Shown: positions 58,475 through 64,000 of the stretch, one piece after another
Position numbering within the stretch: the first letter of the stretch is position 1
How the letters are laid out: the number at the start of each line of letters is the position of its first letter
Assembly: GCA_964016885.1 (NCBI GenBank)
Contig: OZ024763.1
Location: 6,820,001-6,884,000, forward strand
Direction: 5' to 3'
DNA length: 64,000 nt
Source: Eledone cirrhosa
Taxonomy: Eukaryota
Notes under the pieces: model-generated
Told to the model about the DNA's origin: nothing
Databases searched by the model: none
The model's input: only the letters and a program-made list of their open reading frames with translations
Program-made: the position numbers and the translations under genes

Positions 58475-58582
58475 CATGTATGTAAACATAATATATAAAG
58501 ATATCATTATACATACATGTATATTTTTATATTACATGAACCTTAAACAGTGATCATGATGTTGATATATATATATATATAT

Positions 58583-60110
58583 ATCATCATCATCATCATC
58601 ATCGTTTAACATCCATCTTCCACGCTAGCATGGGTTAGACGGGAGTTGTCCCACGTGAGGCAAGGTTGGTCGGGTGACCATGTCTCGCTCATATAGGACT
58701 ATCTGGCAGGTTTTCTACGGCTGGATGCCCTTCCTAACACCAACCACATTTACAGTGTGGAACTGGGAACTTTTTACCACGTTACCTACATGGCCACATT
58801 ACAGTGTGGACTGTGTGTTTTTTGTCGTGACACCTACAGGGCCACATTACACCGTGGACTGTGTGTTTTTTGTCGTGACACCTACACGACCACTTTACAG
58901 CGTGGACTGTGTGTTTTTTGTCGTGACACCTACATGGCCACATTACAGCGTGGACTGTGTGTTTTTTGTCGTGACACCTACAGGGCCACATTACACCGTG
59001 GACTGTGTGTTTTTTGTCGTGACACCTACACGACCACTTTACAGCGTGGACTGTGTGTTTTTTGTCGTGACACCTACATGGCCACATTACAGTGTGGACT
59101 GTGTGTTTTTTGTCGTGACACCTACAGGGCCACATTACACCGTGGACTGTGTGTTTTTTGTCGTGACACCTACACGACCACTTTACAGCGTGGACTGTGT
59201 GTTTTTTGTCGTGACACCTACATGGCCACATTACAGCGTGGACTGTGTGTTTTTTGTCGTGACACCTACAGGGCCACATTACACCGTGGACTGTGTGTTT
59301 TTTGTCGTGACACCTACACGACCACTTTACAGCGTGGACTGTGTGTTTTTTGTCGTGACACCTACATGGCCACATTACAGTGTGGACTGTGTGTTTTTTG
59401 TCGTGACACCTACAGGGCCACATTACACCGTGGACTGTGTGTTTTTTGTCGTGACACCTACACGACCACTTTACAGCGTGGACTGTGTGTTTTTTGTCGT
59501 GACACCTACATGGCCACATTACAGCGTGGACTGTGTGTTTTTTGTCGTGACACCTACACTGCCACATTACAGCGTGGACTGTGTGTTTTTTGTCGTGACA
59601 ACTACATGGCCAGTTTACAGCGTGGACTGTGTGTTTTTTGTCGTGACACCTACACGACCACATTACAGCGTGGACTGTGTGTTTTTTGTCGTGACACCTA
59701 CATGGCCACATTACAGCGTGGACTGTGTGTTTTTTGTCGTGACACCTACAGGGCCACATTACAGCGTGGACTGTGTGTGTTTTGTCGTGACACCTACACG
59801 ATCTCGATCTCATTATCTCATTTATTTGGACTGCATGTTGTGGTACCAACTTTACAGAGAGAGGGTGGTGTTAGTGGGAGGATAGGGTAGGGGTAGTGGA
59901 TTGGGGTGTATATTTGGTTAAGAGGTGCCTACTGACTGTAGGTTTCGCTTTGTACATAGGGAAGGCTGGTCTTCTGTATTACTGCGTAGCGCCAAAGTTC
60001 TCGGTCCAGTGACATTGTCTTAGAGAGGTGCAAGTGTGTAAGGTCGGAATTTATGAGATCATCCCAGGTTTTTCTGGGTCTACCTACTCCATAACTGCCA
60101 TCAATTTTGA
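58583..60110 (-). mobile_element. RTE LINE 3' end whose 3' UTR contains an expanded 48-bp array
   Basis: GVGRPRKTWDDLINSDLTHLHLSKTMSLDRELWRYAVIQKT at ~59970-60090. UTR and (GAT)n tail at 58583-58780. Confidence 0.88.
58785..59800. repeat. 48-bp tandem array, ~21 copies, with 144/288-bp higher-order structure
   Basis: Variants cycle W-G-R in the ORF translation (PTWPHYSVDCVFFVVT...). Confidence 0.95.
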
Positions 60111-60526
60111 TCGCCCTATCTAATACTATAAATGTAAATATTTGTATGTGTGTACACCTGCATTAACCTCAGTCCTTCACCCTCACCACCGCCATCAACA
60201 CCATCACCACCACTACCACTGCTACCACTATCATTACCAACACCATCACCACCACTACTACTGCCACCACTATCATCACCACCGCCATCACTGCCACCAC
60301 TATCATCACCACCACCAACACCATCATCACCAACACCACTGTTCACCAGCACCAATAACAACACCACCATCACAACCGTCACCAACACCACCACCACAAC
60401 CGTCACTACAACCCACCACCACCACCACCATCACCACCACCACCATCACAACCGTCACCAACACCACCACACTTGTGACTATTATATTACATTGGTTTAA
60501 CATTACTTATTAACACACACCACCAT

Positions 60527-60694
<168 letters not shown>

Positions 60695-60863
60695 TACTAC
60701 TACTACTACTACTACCACCACTACCACCACCACCACCACCACCACCACCACCACCACCACCACTACTACTATTACTACTACAACAACAATATAAACCTGA
60801 TTAGTTTTCAACACTGTCAATTGGTAATGATAGGATACAATCTACACACAATAGACTTCTTGT

Positions 60864-60932
<69 letters not shown>

Positions 60933-61158
60933 TATATATATATATATAATATATATATGTGTGTGAGTGTGTGTGTACACATGCATATACATATATATAT
61001 ATATATATATATAGTAATAATAATAAATTTGAAGACTAAAATCCAAAGAGGGCCCGGTGAAAGCAGCGATTCTTTGCTTAAACTTTAATCTGTTATTTTA
61101 ATAAATATATATATATATGATATTAAATAAATGGAAACTATATTTATAAAACCATATT

Positions 61159-61224
61159 TATTTCGTTATATATATTTCAGGGATATCATATTAACAATAT
61201 GTTATGCCTTCTTCAGACAAAATA
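61159..61224 (-). ncRNA. Minimal type-I hammerhead ribozyme motif (mirror copy)
   Basis: Exact reverse complement of 61376-61441. Confidence 0.7.
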
Positions 61225-61375
61225 CAATATAAACAGTCTTATAAATAAATAGATACGACATACCTTTCAATCACCTTGCATTTGGGAGGTTGATTTGACT
61301 GCCAAATCAACCTCCCAAATGCAAGGTGATTGAAAGGTATGTCGTATCTATTTATTTATAAGACTGTTTATATTG

Positions 61376-61441
61376 TATTTTGTCTGAAGAAGGCATAACA
61401 TATTGTTAATATGATATCCCTGAAATATATATAACGAAATA
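61376..61441 (+). ncRNA. Minimal type-I hammerhead ribozyme motif
   Basis: uauuuugu CUGAAGA aggcauaacauauu(guu)aauaugauaucccu GAAA uauauau A acgaaaua: 8-bp stem I, long stem II with two mismatches, palindromic stem III. Confidence 0.75.
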
Positions 61442-61725
61442 AATATGGTTTTATAAATATAGTTTCCATTTATTTAATATCATAAATATACTCCAAATAC
61501 TTGTTGAGTGCTTTTATATCAGTTATAAATATTTACTCGTTGTTAACCCAACAATTTAAATATAACTTTCCATATATATATATATATATATTTATTTCTT
61601 ATATATTTGATATATATTTATCCTTATCGAGCCCTCTTTGGTTTTTAGTCTTCAAATTTATTATTATTACTATATATATAATATATATATATATATATGT
61701 GTGTGTGTGAGTGTGTGTGTACACA

Positions 61726-61788
<63 letters not shown>

Positions 61789-62047
61789 ATTAAGTATTTC
61801 CGTAGAAGAGGTAAACAGAAAAAAGAGTGCTCTAGATATCTTTTGCCAAATTTATCATCTTGAAACCTTCAGTAATGAAATAATTATATTGTGTTGTTTA
61901 TTATGTAATTAAATTTTAAAAAAATTAATTAAAAAATAAATTAAAAAAATATATATATACGTGTGTGTTTGTGTATATATGTATATATATATATATATAT
62001 ATAAAAATATAAGTATTAATAAAATAGATGTTCTTTTGATCAATTAC

Positions 62048-62100
62048 ATTTTATTATACATATTTCGGATGTACAACAGTACGTCCTCATCAGACAAAAT
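62048..62100 (-). ncRNA. Minimal type-I hammerhead ribozyme motif (same family as 10950-11010)
   Basis: auuuugu CUGAUGA ggacguac(uguu)guacaucc GAAA uauguau A auaaaau. Confidence 0.78.
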
Positions 62101-62167
62101 ATAATGATACATGACATACCCTGAGATGTTAAATGGTTAAGATTTAATCAATATATATTTGAAAACC

Positions 62168-62545
62168 ATAGACAGTGTCTTTCATTAGAAATATGGTAAT
62201 GAAAGGGTTAATGACATAGACAGTGTCTTTCATTAGAAATATGGTAATGAAAGGGTTAAGACATATGTAGTGTCTTTCATTAGAAATATTGTAATGAAAG
62301 GGTTAAAGACATAGACAGTGTCTTTCATTAGAAATATGGTAATGAAAGGGTTAAGACATATGTAGTGTCTTTCATTAGAAATATTGTAATGAAAGGGTTA
62401 AAGACATAGACAGTGTCTTTCATTAGAAATATGGTAATGAAAGGGTTAATGACATAGACAGTGTCTTTCATTAGAAATATGGCAATGAAAGGGTTAAAGA
62501 CATAGACAGTGTCTTTCATTAGAAATATGGTAATGAAGGGGTTAA
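62168..62545. repeat. Second array of the 47-48 bp piggyBac-end-like minisatellite, ~8 copies
   Basis: Same unit and orientation as 44341-44933. Confidence 0.9.
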
Positions 62546-62625
62546 AAGAAGCCCCTTTTGTTCACAATGACCCTGTTTCTATTGTTATTTAATTCAGCTT
62601 TGACTCTTCAGTAATATTGACATTA

Positions 62626-62671
<46 letters not shown>

Positions 62672-62879
62672 CAAGAAAGAAGAGTGACACGGTTTGCGAT
62701 ACAATAAGGGCTTTATTCACATTGCTGACAATTGTATCTCCGAGCTGGTAGGTCTAGAGATCGCTACCCGCCTGTTTCTGTGTCAATCGATCACCAATAC
62801 TTTGTTATAACCAGTCAATTGATCAGAGCTTGGGAGATTACATCTAAATGGACTACATATAACAATAATTTGTTATCCC

Positions 62880-62939
<60 letters not shown>

Positions 62940-63042
62940 ATAAATTAACGGAGGCATAGGCCGTCGTTATATATATATATGAAAGCGTGGAATATGGATG
63001 TTAAACGATGATGATGATGATATATATATATATATATATATC

Positions 63043-63110
<68 letters not shown>

Positions 63111-63191
63111 CATATATATATATACATACATATATATATATACATATATATATACATACATATATATATATATATACATATATATACATAC

Positions 63192-63246
<55 letters not shown>

Positions 63247-63784
63247 CATATATGTATATACATACATATATATATACATACATTTCATTTTTTCATTTCA
63301 TTTTACGTCCACTTTTCCCTGCTTGCAAGGGTGGGATGGGAATTGTATATATATATATATATATACATACATATATATATATACATACATATATATATAT
63401 ACATACATATATATATATATATATATGTATGTATATATATATATATATGTATGTATATATATCTATGTATGTATGTATGTATATCTATGCATGTATGTAT
63501 ATATATATATACATACATGCATAGATATACATACATCGATGTATCTATGTATGTATGTACACACACATATATATATATATACACACACACAACCTGTGAG
63601 ATATTCTTTATGATTTAGGGTGTGTCTGGAACCCCTTTAAAATCAGGTATTTGTTTCTTTCATTATCTAGGTTATGGGGGCTTTAGTTGTAACATCTGAC
63701 CTAGATCAAATCTGTTAACCCCATTTTTAAAAAAATTAAACCTCTTCTCTCTTAACCCTATAATACTCTAAAGTTTCAACAGAG

Positions 63785-64000
63785 ATTTCTAATTTAGGCA
63801 CAAGGCCAGAAAATTTGGGAGAGTGGCATAAACTATTAAATGAACCCCAGTACTTGATTGGTACTTTATTTCATCAAACCCTAGCAGGGTGAAGAACAAA
63901 TTAGATTCTAAAAGGCCAGAAATGTTTGAAGAGGGGCAAAAAAGTTTAAATTAATCCCAGTACTCGACTGGTACTTTGTTTTATTATCAACCCCCAGAAG
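63785..64000 (-). mobile_element. Diverged SINE A-related 3' fragments (two)
   Basis: taggcacaaggccag...ccccagtac..ga.tggtacttt..ttt. Confidence 0.7.

Larger units (their letters stand above)
61116..61484. repeat. Perfect palindrome, 182-bp arms, 5-nt loop (61298-61302); Penelope pseudo-LTR-like
   Basis: No mismatch seen between arms. Each arm carries a hammerhead motif. Confidence 0.93.

Noticed and set aside
58674-59890. Three overlapping 355-403 aa Cys-rich ORFs
   Set aside because: Product of a 48-bp tandem array inside a LINE 3' UTR.

Overview
Eukaryotic, AT-rich DNA dominated by microsatellites ((TA)n, (CA)n, (CCA)n, (CAT)n, (GA)n). The repeat content looks like a cephalopod, probably octopus; this is inferred from remembered SINE/RTE families, not from a search. 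Nearly all listed ORFs are translations of simple repeats, and no complete protein-coding gene can be supported. Identifiable content: more than 15 copies or fragments of one tRNA-headed SINE, a second SINE family, 3' ends of RTE-type LINEs, a CR1/L2-type endonuclease relic, a Helitron Rep relic and a Helitron 3' end, a Penelope GIY-YIG relic, Tc1/mariner- and piggyBac-like MITEs, and minisatellites grown out of these elements. The most notable signal is six minimal type-I hammerhead ribozyme motifs of the Penelope type at four loci. Four of them are mirrored pairs in long palindromes (10545-11064 and 61116-61484). Several other retroelement-derived hairpins occur. A few unique islands with splice signals may be small exons, including a phase-compatible minus-strand trio ending in a PDZ-type motif (EYFV*); these are low confidence.
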